A stretch of DNA of 64,000 nucleotides, taken from the IMG/VR virus record IMGVR_UViG_3300025519_000044, positions 27,359-91,358 of that record; one strand, given 5' to 3'. This document shows positions 49,562 to 60,039 of this stretch, one piece after another. The notes below the pieces were generated by a model. That model was not told the origin of the DNA. It saw only the letters and a list, made by a program, of their open reading frames with translations, and searched no databases. Origin of the DNA: a virus. The position numbers and the translations under genes were made by a program. The number at the start of each line of letters is the position of its first letter. Position 1 is the stretch's first letter.

Positions 49562-51230
49562 ACGAACGTTTAATTTCGGCGGCCTAGATTCTAAAAATGA
49601 TCTTGGCGTTATTGTTAATGACATCAGAAAATCTATCGGGCCCGAAATTACAGAAAATGTCCAGGACGTCCCCGGCATGGTTGGAAAAATATTTCTCGGT
49701 AACTCTTATGGTCAGCGCGTGGATGAAATTGACATTATTATCCCGGCTGATTCAAATGAGGAAGCGAGCAAGAAATTTCACGATTTAGCGACTGCTTTTA
49801 TTACGCTTGGCGACGATGAATATCCTATGGTTTACAGTGATGAATCGGAATGGGAATATTATGGCCATTTTAGCAGCATAACGAAACCGGAACGGATTAG
49901 CCAGGCTTCATGTTGGACCAAATGCACGCTTACCTTTTCCTGTAGCGACCCGAAAGGCTACGGCGAATACCAACAGCACGACATAACAACAAGCCCTATA
50001 ACGATCACACCAGACGGGACAGCGGAATGCTATCCCGTTTTTACATGCATACCGAAAAAAGACGTTACAAAAATCGCAGTGGTCGACCAGGACGAAAACT
50101 ATGTCTATGTGGGGTCAGATGTAGACCCGGATACCGGCGAATCGCCGGTGGACTTAGAGCCTAGAGTATTTCACGACGATTGCGCTACAATGGCAAACTG
50201 GCTATCTCTCACGAATGAAACGCTTACCTTTACACCTGAAAATGGAGTAATTGGCGGAAGCATGCGAACCGAAAATGACGCTTTAAAAGTTTCGCTGGAT
50301 AGCAGCGGACGTGTCTATTTTGGCGAACCAGTAAAAGACAAATGGCATGGGCCACTTGTGAAGCAGAATCTAAACGGACAATATGAAGATTACCGTGTAC
50401 GCATTTGGCTATGGAATAACCAATATTACCCAAGAGCCAAGGGAAAAGTTGAACTTTATCTATTAGATCAAGACGGTAAAGCGATTGGAAAAATTGGCCT
50501 AAAAGATAATAGTATCAGTGCAAAACCGATTTTGCAGGTAACTGTGTTTAATGGCGATAAATATCACAACATTGTATATGACCAAGGCAGTATTAATAAA
50601 AAGAAAACGACTACAAAAAAGATCAAGGTAAAAAACGGTACGAGAAAGGTAAAAAGCAAAGGCAAGACTAAAACAGAACAACTGTGGAAGACACTTACAC
50701 TGCCAGCTGATCCGTCCACAGACACCTATTCCAATTTTTACGGATGGATACAATTGGAGAAGATTGGAAATAAGTTTACGGTGCAGGCTATGAAATGCGA
50801 CAGCAAGCACAATCCTATGTGGAGTAAACCGATTACAAAGACATGGACGGATACAAGCAAAATTTATACGCAAAAGCTGGCCGCAGTGGCTGCGTATATA
50901 GCCAAATACGACATCCAAGAGGATACAGCTGACCCGGTAGTAAAGTACACAAATAACGGGCTGGCACTTAGTGATGTGGCTGTGTGGCAAATCATAAATG
51001 GTGGAAATAGCGGAACTTCCGCGCCAACGGTAATAGCAAGAGCAGGGGATGAAATAAAAATAAATTGCGAGGACCATACAGTTTATAAAAACGGAGCCGT
51101 GTACATGAAAAACTTTTATATCGGCGGGCAATTTTTTACCATGCAGGGCGGTGTACCAAAGTCCTTTGCATTTTCCCCGGATTTGACGGATGCGGATTGG
51201 TATTTTGAATTTCGCCCTACTACTCAATAG
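49554..51230 (+). CDS. Distal tail protein (Dit)
   Basis: Homologous to 11259-12923. Confidence 0.85.
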   Translation: MVERTFNFGGLDSKNDLGVIVNDIRKSIGPEITENVQDVPGMVGKIFLGNSYGQRVDEIDIIIPADSNEEASKKFHDLATAFITLGDDEYPMVYSDESEWEYYGHFSSITKPERISQASCWTKCTLTFSCSDPKGYGEYQQHDITTSPITITPDGTAECYPVFTCIPKKDVTKIAVVDQDENYVYVGSDVDPDTGESPVDLEPRVFHDDCATMANWLSLTNETLTFTPENGVIGGSMRTENDALKVSLDSSGRVYFGEPVKDKWHGPLVKQNLNGQYEDYRVRIWLWNNQYYPRAKGKVELYLLDQDGKAIGKIGLKDNSISAKPILQVTVFNGDKYHNIVYDQGSINKKKTTTKKIKVKNGTRKVKSKGKTKTEQLWKTLTLPADPSTDTYSNFYGWIQLEKIGNKFTVQAMKCDSKHNPMWSKPITKTWTDTSKIYTQKLAAVAAYIAKYDIQEDTADPVVKYTNNGLALSDVAVWQIINGGNSGTSAPTVIARAGDEIKINCEDHTVYKNGAVYMKNFYIGGQFFTMQGGVPKSFAFSPDLTDADWYFEFRPTTQ

Positions 51231-51243
51231 GAGGTGATAGCCT

Positions 51244-53727
51244 ATGTATCTTATACTGGATTCCGATCTAAACCCATGCGGTGTTTTAGATTTAAACGGC
51301 AAAGGCTGCAAGTTTTACGATGACCTGCGGTCTACTAAAATCGCAGACGACCAGGGCAAAATATGGGCCGATACGCTCGAAATCAGCGTGCCAACCGGGT
51401 ACCGGGAAACAGATTTTATAACATATGGCTATCATCTCCTTAAACAGGGCAATGATGGCTATTTTTATGTCTACCGCATTTACAACGTCGAAGATGGCGT
51501 GATCGGCCCCGTCCATGTTAAAAAAGCGCAGTGCCTTAATCTGCTTGCGTGGGACTTAACGCACAAAATTGTACCGGCAAAAACGATGGCCAACGTATCA
51601 AGCCAAGATTTATTTAATTATGTACTGGGGGGTTCCGGCTGGGAAATCGGCGAAAACTATTTTTACGGCGGAGCTTTTTCGTTTGAATTTTCTGCTGGTA
51701 ACAATGCCCAATATTGGCTCGATCAGCTTACAAATCAATTTAGTGCAGAAATCCGGGCTTATGTTGAGGTCTATAATGGCAAAATCATCCGAAAAGTGAT
51801 TGATTTTGTGGATGAACTGGGCGAATCTAAGGGCTACCGGCTGGAATACTCCCATAACCTGCAAGGAATTACCCGAACCGGCAGCGACCAGGAAATGTAC
51901 ACGAAATTGTATGTGTACGGAGGGCAAAAGCAGGATGGAACGCTGGCGTCCATTGCATCCGTTAACGGCGGCCGTGAGTATTTGATAGATGATGACGCAA
52001 ACGATCGGTATAATAATGGCGGACCATACCTAGAGGGGTACGTCGTAAATGATCAGATTCTAAACCCAAACGGCCTTTTGCATTGGGGCAAAGAGCAGCT
52101 AGAAAAATACAACCATCCAAAATACAATTACACCGTGGATGTCGCACATCTCGGCTATCAGCCAAATTTAGGAGACCATTTCCAGATTGTGGATTTTGAG
52201 ATGCAACCGGAATTAACAATTAGTGCCAGAGCTATCCAAATTGACGAATCGGAAGCAAATCCATCAAATAACAAAATCACGGTTGGCGAGTTTATCGAGA
52301 TTGTTGCCGTTACACCGGAAATTGTGCAGGACCTGCAGGCAAAGGCGAAAGCTGCACATGATGCGGCCGAAAAGGCAAAGGGGTACAAGGTAGAATATTT
52401 TACCCCGGACGGCACCGATTTTGCCGATACCACGAGCCAAAAGCGCATTATTGTTCGCGTGTATCAAGGAAAAGATGAAGTAACGTCCACGCTGGATCAA
52501 TCAGTTTTTGTCTGGCAGAAAATCAATCCGGACGGCAATTACGATCAGGAATGGGCCGATGCACATAAAGGCATGGGAAACGTGATCTCTGTCGGTATAG
52601 AGGTTGCGGGGTGCACAATCAGATGCAAGATAGATGATGGGGACCTGCCGAGTATCGACGTTTATTTTAAAAACGGCATTGATTTTGTCGTGGATGAGCT
52701 GGCGCAGGTGCAAACAGATGAAACGCTGTCCATCGCTTTTATTACGGATACGCACTATGCAACAGCATCCAAAAACGGCAACAATCTAAAAAGCCGCAGC
52801 ACGTTACACATGCAAAACGTTGCGTATCTGACCAATCGGGCAAAAATTGATCTCGTCGTCCACGGCGGCGACCTTGTTGATGGGGACGAGCAAAAAAACC
52901 TGATGCTAAATGACTTTGAGGACGCGGCCCAGTCCCTTTATTCCTCCTCTACTGCACCGGTCGTTTATCTAAACGGCAATCACGACGATAACAGCTGGTA
53001 TGCACATGACAATGATAAAAACCTGATGCGATCCGTCCTGCAGCCGTCCGAGCGGTACGCAATTCTAAGCAAATATATGGATCCGGCATTTATTCTTAAT
53101 CCGGCGGAAAAAGAACGACTATACGGGTATAAAGATTTCCCGGTCCAAAAGATCCGGGTGATCTGCCTGAACTCTTTCGATAACCCATATATCACGCAGA
53201 AAGACGGAACCAATAAATATCCGTCTCAATGGTCATCGGCGTTTAGGAATGCACAATTAAATTGGTTGGCCAATACGGCCCTGAAACTCCCTGACAATGG
53301 CTGGGGAGTTTTAATTTTTACTCATGCACCTTTGCAGGGCACGTTTAATTCGGATGCGCAGATTAACAGCGACATCCTGTATGGCATCCTGTCGGCCTTT
53401 GTAAACGGCACAGCATACACCGGATCCGGGACGACAGCAGACTACACCTGCAGCGTATCGGTGGACTTTACAGGCCAAGGCAAAGGGCAGGTGATTGCTG
53501 TTATTAGCGGGCACGTCCATTATGACAGCAGCATGACCAAAAACGGGATGCTGCTTATTCAAACGCTGGATTCACTGGCCCGCAACGATTACGCCGGCAA
53601 AATGCCAGACCGCCCGGTTATAACGCTAGAAGAAGATGCGTGGGATGTATTTACCGTCGACCGGGCTAGCCGAAAAATCTATGCAACCCGGTTTGGTGCT
53701 GGAAAAAGTCGGGTGTTTAGTTATTAG
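51244..53727 (+). CDS. Tal baseplate hub fused to calcineurin-like metallophosphoesterase
   Basis: TDTH, GGDLVDG, GNHD, TH and GHVH motifs in C-terminal half. Confidence 0.85.
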   Translation: MYLILDSDLNPCGVLDLNGKGCKFYDDLRSTKIADDQGKIWADTLEISVPTGYRETDFITYGYHLLKQGNDGYFYVYRIYNVEDGVIGPVHVKKAQCLNLLAWDLTHKIVPAKTMANVSSQDLFNYVLGGSGWEIGENYFYGGAFSFEFSAGNNAQYWLDQLTNQFSAEIRAYVEVYNGKIIRKVIDFVDELGESKGYRLEYSHNLQGITRTGSDQEMYTKLYVYGGQKQDGTLASIASVNGGREYLIDDDANDRYNNGGPYLEGYVVNDQILNPNGLLHWGKEQLEKYNHPKYNYTVDVAHLGYQPNLGDHFQIVDFEMQPELTISARAIQIDESEANPSNNKITVGEFIEIVAVTPEIVQDLQAKAKAAHDAAEKAKGYKVEYFTPDGTDFADTTSQKRIIVRVYQGKDEVTSTLDQSVFVWQKINPDGNYDQEWADAHKGMGNVISVGIEVAGCTIRCKIDDGDLPSIDVYFKNGIDFVVDELAQVQTDETLSIAFITDTHYATASKNGNNLKSRSTLHMQNVAYLTNRAKIDLVVHGGDLVDGDEQKNLMLNDFEDAAQSLYSSSTAPVVYLNGNHDDNSWYAHDNDKNLMRSVLQPSERYAILSKYMDPAFILNPAEKERLYGYKDFPVQKIRVICLNSFDNPYITQKDGTNKYPSQWSSAFRNAQLNWLANTALKLPDNGWGVLIFTHAPLQGTFNSDAQINSDILYGILSAFVNGTAYTGSGTTADYTCSVSVDFTGQGKGQVIAVISGHVHYDSSMTKNGMLLIQTLDSLARNDYAGKMPDRPVITLEEDAWDVFTVDRASRKIYATRFGAGKSRVFSY

Positions 53728-53739
53728 AGAGGTGAGAAC

Positions 53740-56403
53740 ATGACACTTTTAGGTAGCGTAGATATACCGTTTACAAAAAGTACAAAAATTGCAGTGGATG
53801 CAACCGACACAGCCGGGCAAGCAGCAACTGTTGCACAGCAGGCTACAGATACAGCAGGGCAAGCCCAAGCAACGGCACAGACTGCATCCCAGACGGCCAC
53901 GCAGGCGGCGGCTACAGCTGCAGATGCAGCACAAGCAGCACAGACAGCAATTTCGACCGCCAACGGCAAAAACAAAGCATATTATGGCGCAACAACGCCA
54001 ACCAGTCCAAAATCCGGTGATATTTGGTTTGTGGAGGATAGTAGCGGCAATGTGACAGCAATTAAGCATTATGATGGCACACAATGGATAACAGATGTTG
54101 ACAACACCGCACTTGAACAACAGATTAGTGCCGCACAAGCAGCCGCAGATAATGCGGCAACAGTCGGACAAGCCGCCCAGCAAACAGCCGCAGATGCGGA
54201 AGCCAGAGGGGACGCGGCGGCGAAAGCGGCAGAGGAAGCAAAGGATGCGGCAACAAAAGCCCAATCAGATGCCTCCAGCGCAGTTACAAGCGCAAATAAT
54301 GCAGTTGACACAGCAAACACAGCCAAACAGGTAGCGTCCGATGCGGCGACACAATCCAGCAATGCGTGGACAAAAGCCCAGGATGCAATGGCAGAAGCCC
54401 AGAAAAAGGCAGATGCAACCAGTGTTTATACCAAAAACGATATAGATAACGCGCTTAAGGGCTATGCCACCACGACCACCGTAAACACGCTTACGGGGCG
54501 TGTAGACTCTGCAGAAACGGCTATTCAGCAAAACACCAATGCAATACAGCTTAAAGCCGATAAATCGACCGTTGACACGCTAACGGGTAGGGTTAGCACG
54601 GCAGAAGCAACTTTGACCGCGCAGGCTGACCAAATTGCGGCGCGTATTACAAAAACGGATGCAGACGCAAAATATGCGACGCAGACGGCACTAACGGCTA
54701 CTGCAAATAGTTTGACGAGCAGTATTAGCGCTGTGCAAACAAATCTCGATAATTTGCAAATTGGTGGAAGGAACTTAATAAAAAATAGCGACTTTTCAAA
54801 TGGTTTTACAAGTTGGCGGGAATGGAATCCTGGTACATCTACAAACACAATCAGGGAAGTTATTTCGGACAACACAATGCCAGGATTTGAAAAAGTAGTT
54901 CGTTTATCTGCCGATGTTGCAACAAAAGGATGGGGATTTGCACAGGATTCAATTTCTGTTTTGCCAAATACCACCTATACCTATTCATTTTGGTATAAAT
55001 TCATAAGTACGTATGGTAAGGTTGCTATTCAGATTTCAAATGGTAGCGCTGGTTTTCCGACAAATTTTTATACTTATGCAGATAATCTATGGCATAGAGC
55101 GACTATAACCATTACTACCGGGGATAATGTTAAAGCCGTTAACGTTTACGCAGGCGTATATGACGCATCAAAATCTGGAGAAGTATATATCACTGGAACA
55201 AAGTTGGAGGTTGGCAATAAAGCCACCGATTGGACACCGGCCCCGGAGGATTTGGCTACTCAATCACAGATTAGCCAATTATCAGACGACATCAATTTAC
55301 GTGTGCAAAAAGGCGATGTGATCAATCAGATAAACGTATCCACAGAGGGCATCTTGATCGACGGCAAAAAGGTGCACATTACCGGGCAGACAATGATTGA
55401 CAATGCGGTTATCAAAGACGCCATGATTGACAGCATATCGGCTAATAAGCTTACCGCTGGCACGATTGACGCAAATGTGATTAACGTCAAAAATATAAAT
55501 GCGTCAAATATTGTGACGGGGACGTTGGATGCAAGCAAAGCCACTGTTACAAATATCGACGCGTCCAATATCACCACAGGGACGCTTAACGCCGCACGTA
55601 TTGCCGCTGGAACTATTGACGCGACAAAACTTTCAGTATCAACTTTATCAGCAATTAGTGCTAATTTAGGGAACGTTACCGCAGGTACATTAACGGGCGT
55701 CACAATAAATGCAGGTACATTCAATTCGTCTGGAGATCGCGGGAGTCTAACTATATCTCAAGATTCGATAATGACAACAAAAACAACTGTTTCGGGTTCG
55801 ACGACAACGATCGAAACGATTGAAACTTTTGGCGGAGCGATGCTATTTAATACCGAAGTTAATTCAACAATAACGAGTGAAACCTTGATAGATGCGGGAT
55901 CAGTAGGCGTGATTAATAATAATGGTTCCACTGATATTAACGGTGGATCAATCACTACATCGTCATTAAGTGCCGATACCATAATTGCCAATTTTTATGG
56001 TAATGGTATTTTGTTCCCATGGTCAACATCAGCTACTGTATTAGATGTTACGCAAGCCGATTGTTTGCGTGCACGTAATGGTAGATTATTATTAAACGGA
56101 GATGTAGTCCATACTGAAAAAAGCATGATGATTGCTTGCGGAACTGTTGTTATTACGCCAAGTTCTAGCAATACTCCGACTTATAAGGCAATAAGTTTTG
56201 GGAAGACATTCCCTATTGTTCCAACCGTTGTGGTCACACCTAATTCAACGGTGCCAGGAACAACCGTTACAGGTTGGGGAGTTACAGATGAAACAACAAC
56301 AGGATGTAAAATATGGGTTACTCGTACAAATACAACCAATACATGGTTAAGTTGGATTGCTGTAGCTGATAATACAAATTGGACAGCAACAGCAGTAGGA
56401 TAA
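53740..56403 (+). CDS. Tail fibre (coiled coil, carbohydrate-binding module, beta repeats, H-type-lectin-like end)
   Basis: GGRNL..NS and DWTPAPED motifs; matches C-terminal half of 12947-18097. Confidence 0.85.
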   Translation: MTLLGSVDIPFTKSTKIAVDATDTAGQAATVAQQATDTAGQAQATAQTASQTATQAAATAADAAQAAQTAISTANGKNKAYYGATTPTSPKSGDIWFVEDSSGNVTAIKHYDGTQWITDVDNTALEQQISAAQAAADNAATVGQAAQQTAADAEARGDAAAKAAEEAKDAATKAQSDASSAVTSANNAVDTANTAKQVASDAATQSSNAWTKAQDAMAEAQKKADATSVYTKNDIDNALKGYATTTTVNTLTGRVDSAETAIQQNTNAIQLKADKSTVDTLTGRVSTAEATLTAQADQIAARITKTDADAKYATQTALTATANSLTSSISAVQTNLDNLQIGGRNLIKNSDFSNGFTSWREWNPGTSTNTIREVISDNTMPGFEKVVRLSADVATKGWGFAQDSISVLPNTTYTYSFWYKFISTYGKVAIQISNGSAGFPTNFYTYADNLWHRATITITTGDNVKAVNVYAGVYDASKSGEVYITGTKLEVGNKATDWTPAPEDLATQSQISQLSDDINLRVQKGDVINQINVSTEGILIDGKKVHITGQTMIDNAVIKDAMIDSISANKLTAGTIDANVINVKNINASNIVTGTLDASKATVTNIDASNITTGTLNAARIAAGTIDATKLSVSTLSAISANLGNVTAGTLTGVTINAGTFNSSGDRGSLTISQDSIMTTKTTVSGSTTTIETIETFGGAMLFNTEVNSTITSETLIDAGSVGVINNNGSTDINGGSITTSSLSADTIIANFYGNGILFPWSTSATVLDVTQADCLRARNGRLLLNGDVVHTEKSMMIACGTVVITPSSSNTPTYKAISFGKTFPIVPTVVVTPNSTVPGTTVTGWGVTDETTTGCKIWVTRTNTTNTWLSWIAVADNTNWTATAVG

Positions 56404-56419
56404 AGGATGGTGGTTATAA

Positions 56420-56698
56420 ATGGATGTAAATAATTTTTTAGAACAGTTAAAAGAAAAATTAAAAAATGAAAATATTGTAGAAAATACAGAGGACTTGTCT
56501 CTTGACAAGTTTTCTACATTTGGAACCGAAGGGGATGGTGAAAAAGTTGAGGTATCTACACAAAGTAGCTCATATTGGACTTATTTGATACCAATCATTG
56601 AATCGCAACAACAATTGCTAGAATCGTATATCTCTCAATGTGAAAATTTAGTTTTAAAAGTTGCAGATTTAGAAAAAAGACTATCAGAAATAGATTAA
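56420..56698 (+). CDS. Hypothetical, possible fibre chaperone
   Basis: Near-identical to 18115-18411. Confidence 0.65.
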   Translation: MDVNNFLEQLKEKLKNENIVENTEDLSLDKFSTFGTEGDGEKVEVSTQSSSYWTYLIPIIESQQQLLESYISQCENLVLKVADLEKRLSEID

Positions 56699-56712
56699 TG
56701 GAGGTTTTTTAA

Positions 56713-57147
56713 ATGAAAGTAGAAATTGAAAACGGAAAATTAGTACAAGTGATTGATTTTATGTATGGGTTAAAGCTCGCACGTAAACATTCTCGTTTTC
56801 GTAGAAGATTGATAAACATATTAAAAGAAAAAGCTAGAATAGTTGAAGAAGATCGCATTGAGTTACTTAAAGAACATTCGAATAAAGATGAAAATGGCGA
56901 AGCAATCATCATTGACGGAAAATACGACGTTATAGACATGGTTGCTTTTAATAATGACTTGAAAGAATTATATGCTGAAAAAGTTGTCATTGAAGGTGGT
57001 GAGCATAATGAAATGATTCGTACGATTAAACAAGCGTTGAAAAAGTTTGAGGATGTTGAATATGAAGGGAAAGAATCTGAAACATACGATTATCTTTGTG
57101 ATCAATTTAAAGTTGATGAAAATGAAGAAGGAGAAGATAAAGAATGA
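56713..57147 (+). CDS. DUF1617-like phage protein
   Basis: Homolog of 18413-18835. Confidence 0.7.
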   Translation: MKVEIENGKLVQVIDFMYGLKLARKHSRFRRRLINILKEKARIVEEDRIELLKEHSNKDENGEAIIIDGKYDVIDMVAFNNDLKELYAEKVVIEGGEHNEMIRTIKQALKKFEDVEYEGKESETYDYLCDQFKVDENEEGEDKE

Positions 57148-57404
57148 AAATTACATTAACAGGAATCAATTTTAACTATTCAAACGGATTTGAATCTGAT
57201 TATACGGGGGTAAGTCTTAATTTTGTTAGTTCAGGAGCTACTTTTAATCTAAATGGCTATGTAACTGTGACTAAAGATCAATATATTGCAGCATCTGGAG
57301 ACTTATCTAAGTTAACCGACTTAATTAAGCAATCTGTTTTGGATAGTATTAACGGAGCCGATAGAACAGATGGTTCTCAAGGTCAAGCAACTACTCAGTC
57401 ATAA
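57144..57404 (+). CDS. Hypothetical phage protein
   Basis: AAGGAG RBS; same position as 18832-19107. Confidence 0.65.
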   Translation: MKITLTGINFNYSNGFESDYTGVSLNFVSSGATFNLNGYVTVTKDQYIAASGDLSKLTDLIKQSVLDSINGADRTDGSQGQATTQS

Positions 57405-57494
57405 TGCAAGTGATTAAATGTGGTGATTTTTTTATACCAAAAGGAGGCGGATCGAAAATCGATAGAGAAACAAAAAGACGGGGGCGTGGATTCA

Positions 57495-57827
57495 TTGGAA
57501 GAATTGACCATGGATGAAAAAATTGAGAATCACGAAGAACGAATTACTGCTTTAGAAAAAAATTACGCAGACTTAACTAACAAAATGCAAGCAGTCGAAA
57601 CAGGCCAGCTGCGGATTGAAAAAACGCTGTTGGAGGAAGGGAAGGAACAGAAAAAGCTTATAAACGAGCAGCGAGAAGAACAGCAGGAACTATTAAATAA
57701 GCTGCTGGAACACACGCTTAATATCAAGAAAAATAACAGCTATAAAAAATGGGATTTGGCTCTCGCTCTTTTTGGCGGCGGGGGCTTAATTTATGGGATC
57801 ATTACCCTAATCACAAAATTTTTCTAA
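57495..57827 (+). CDS. XhlA-like lysis protein
   Basis: Highly similar to 19130-19462. Confidence 0.7.
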   Translation: MEELTMDEKIENHEERITALEKNYADLTNKMQAVETGQLRIEKTLLEEGKEQKKLINEQREEQQELLNKLLEHTLNIKKNNSYKKWDLALALFGGGGLIYGIITLITKFF

Positions 57828-57842
57828 GGGAGCGAATGAAAA

Positions 57843-58223
57843 ATGAAATACTTATCCGATCTTAATTGGTGGAAACAGACAGCAACATTGGTAGGCGGGG
57901 TGCTAACCGCATTGATTGCCTTTTTCGGGGCGCTTAATGTACATTTCCAATGGTTAACTGCAGACTCGGTTAATGCCTTTGTATCGCTAATCGTGGCGGT
58001 TGGGGCGCTGTTTGTCGGGTCTTTGGCGACATGGCTTAATACTTATCTGACCAGCAAGAAAAAGGATGAAGCAACCACAGTGGCGATCTCTTACGCACAG
58101 GACGCTGCGGCCAAAGAGGATGCCGAATACGAAAAAATTAAAGCTGTCGTGGCACAAGTATTGGAGGCACAAGGTGTTACGTCCACAGAAGAAGAAACAA
58201 AATCGTCAGCAACTACAAAATAA
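57843..58223 (+). CDS. Holin (two TM helices)
   Basis: Two hydrophobic segments; W.NTY motif; before lysin. Confidence 0.75.
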   Translation: MKYLSDLNWWKQTATLVGGVLTALIAFFGALNVHFQWLTADSVNAFVSLIVAVGALFVGSLATWLNTYLTSKKKDEATTVAISYAQDAAAKEDAEYEKIKAVVAQVLEAQGVTSTEEETKSSATTK

Positions 58224-58235
58224 GGAGTGGTAAAG

Positions 58236-59483
58236 TTGAATAAGATCACGAAAACAATCGGTGCGCTGGCCCTATCTGCAGGGTTGGCGTTTTCTTTTGC
58301 CGGCACATCATTTGCAGCAACGCCAAATATTGATTTTATTGACGTAAGCCACCATAATGCTGAACAGGGCTTGCCATTATCTTTCTACCAAACTATGAAA
58401 GCTGGCGGCATTAACTCAGTTGTAGTTAAAGTTAGTGAGGGACAAACATATGTAGATCCTGCTGCATCTGTCAACGTGGCTAATGCTAAGCAAGCAGGAA
58501 TGATCGTTAACGCTTATCATTATGCGCATTTTACAAGCAATGCTCAAGCTAAATCAGAAGCCCAATGGTTTGATAAAAAGCTTAAGTTAGTAGGATTTGA
58601 TAAGCAAAAAGATGGTTATGTAGTTGTGGATGTAGAGGATGGCTCGCTTGAAAGTGTGGGTGCTAGCAATCTCACAGAATATACAAATACGTTTATCAGT
58701 ACGATGAAATCTTTAGGCTATTCAAAGGTAGATTTGTATACCGGTAACTCATTTTATAATACGTACTTAAAACCAGGTCAATTAGCAGTAGATAAACCTT
58801 GGCTTGCCAGATACCCACTTTATCCGGAAACAGGCCAGCCGACACCAGTCTGGTACAATGGACAAAAAGGGGCTTGGCAATGGTCCAGCACATACAAGTT
58901 TGCTGGGATTCCCGGCTACTTCGATGTAAGTAAAGATTATGCAGGTAAATACACCAACGTGGCCACAGTGGAAAACGCGACCAACACTGGCGTGGTTAAA
59001 AAGATCGGATCCTTGTCACTGGTGGATTACTTGAAATCAGTTGGAAAAGATGCGTCATTTAATGCAAGAAAAGCTTTGGCAGCACAATACGGTATCTCTA
59101 ATTACACCGGATCCGCTGCGCAAAACCTGGCATTGTTGAGCAAACTCAAAAACGGTGTGCAGCCAACACAAAGTACATCCACAACCACGACATACACGGT
59201 TAAGCGTGGAGATACACTGTCCGGCATTGCGGCAAAATACGGCACGACCGTGGCAAACCTGCAAAAATTAAACGGCATCAGCAACCCTAATAAAATTTAT
59301 GTGGGGCAAAAGCTTAAAATCTCCGGCAGTGCCCCTGCAAAGCAGTATTACACGGTTAAGGTCGGGGACACACTGTCCGGCATTGCGGCTAAATATGGTA
59401 CGTCTGTCAGCCGGCTAGCAAGCCTAAACGGTATCAAAAACCCCAACCTTATCAGGGTTGGCCAAAAACTGCGGGTAAAATAA
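58236..59483 (+). CDS. Endolysin: signal peptide + GH25 + 2 LysM
   Basis: DVSHHN, KVSEG, AYHY and DVE motifs; SFA-A cleavage site; two YTVK.GDTLS.IA. Confidence 0.92.
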   Translation: MNKITKTIGALALSAGLAFSFAGTSFAATPNIDFIDVSHHNAEQGLPLSFYQTMKAGGINSVVVKVSEGQTYVDPAASVNVANAKQAGMIVNAYHYAHFTSNAQAKSEAQWFDKKLKLVGFDKQKDGYVVVDVEDGSLESVGASNLTEYTNTFISTMKSLGYSKVDLYTGNSFYNTYLKPGQLAVDKPWLARYPLYPETGQPTPVWYNGQKGAWQWSSTYKFAGIPGYFDVSKDYAGKYTNVATVENATNTGVVKKIGSLSLVDYLKSVGKDASFNARKALAAQYGISNYTGSAAQNLALLSKLKNGVQPTQSTSTTTTYTVKRGDTLSGIAAKYGTTVANLQKLNGISNPNKIYVGQKLKISGSAPAKQYYTVKVGDTLSGIAAKYGTSVSRLASLNGIKNPNLIRVGQKLRVK

Positions 59484-59547
59484 GCCGGAGCCGGCAATAA
59501 TAAGAATCCACCAGGAACAGCAGAAAAGCCCTCGCAAATGCGAGGGC

Positions 59548-59576
59548 TTGAAATTTAAAAAAACCAGTGGTAATAT
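59548..59576 (+). promoter_or_regulatory. Sigma-A promoter of repeat-like RNA, copy 2
   Basis: TTGAAA-17-TAATAT with extended TG; boxes conserved, spacer diverged. Confidence 0.75.
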
Positions 59577-59582
59577 ATCCAT

Positions 59583-59685
59583 AAAGGTACCGCGTCCTTT
59601 TAAAAAAAATGCGTGAATTGAAACTGTGATTTGGATATTTTGAAGCTGAAACTGTCGAGATTTTATGTCTCGGCAGTTTTGGCTT
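59583..59685 (+). ncRNA. Solitary type I-C-like CRISPR repeat RNA, copy 2
   Basis: ACCGCGTCCTTTTAAAAAAAATGCG-TGAATTGAAAC 59589-59624; tail TGTGATTTGGATATTTTG; hairpin 59643-59685. Confidence 0.7.
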
Positions 59686-59992
59686 AAATCCACTCTTTAA
59701 TATATTTTGCTGTTTCTATCGGGATATAACTTGTTGAGGTTTTTTGATAGTCTTTAACCCACACAAAACGGAATATATTTTGAGCTGTAACCAACACTAA
59801 AGTGTCAATCTTATCTATAATAGCCTTTTTAACCTCTACTTCTTTTTCAATTCCCATTGTTTTCATTATTTCTTCAGTTTGCATTCTGTAAAGGATCTCT
59901 TTTATAAAATCTTCCGGGTAGTCTTTTTTTAAAGCTTCAATGTTTACCTTTCCATCAATTACATATCTGTCTGTAACGTCTTGTATTTTCAT
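59684..59992 (-). CDS. Hypothetical (Acr candidate)
   Basis: GGGAGGT RBS before MKIQDV. Confidence 0.65.
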   Translation of the reverse strand: MKIQDVTDRYVIDGKVNIEALKKDYPEDFIKEILYRMQTEEIMKTMGIEKEVEVKKAIIDKIDTLVLVTAQNIFRFVWVKDYQKTSTSYIPIETAKYIKEWI

Positions 59993-60039
59993 CTTTGATA
60001 CCTCCCGTTTTGATGTAAGTGGAGCGGGTATTATTCCGC

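Noticed and set aside
57480-57492. GGGGGCGTGGATT resembles the 3' part of a I-C repeat
   Set aside because: It is the RBS region of the lysis gene, lacks the 5' stem arm and GAAA(C/T), and the homologous site at 19114 does not keep the match.
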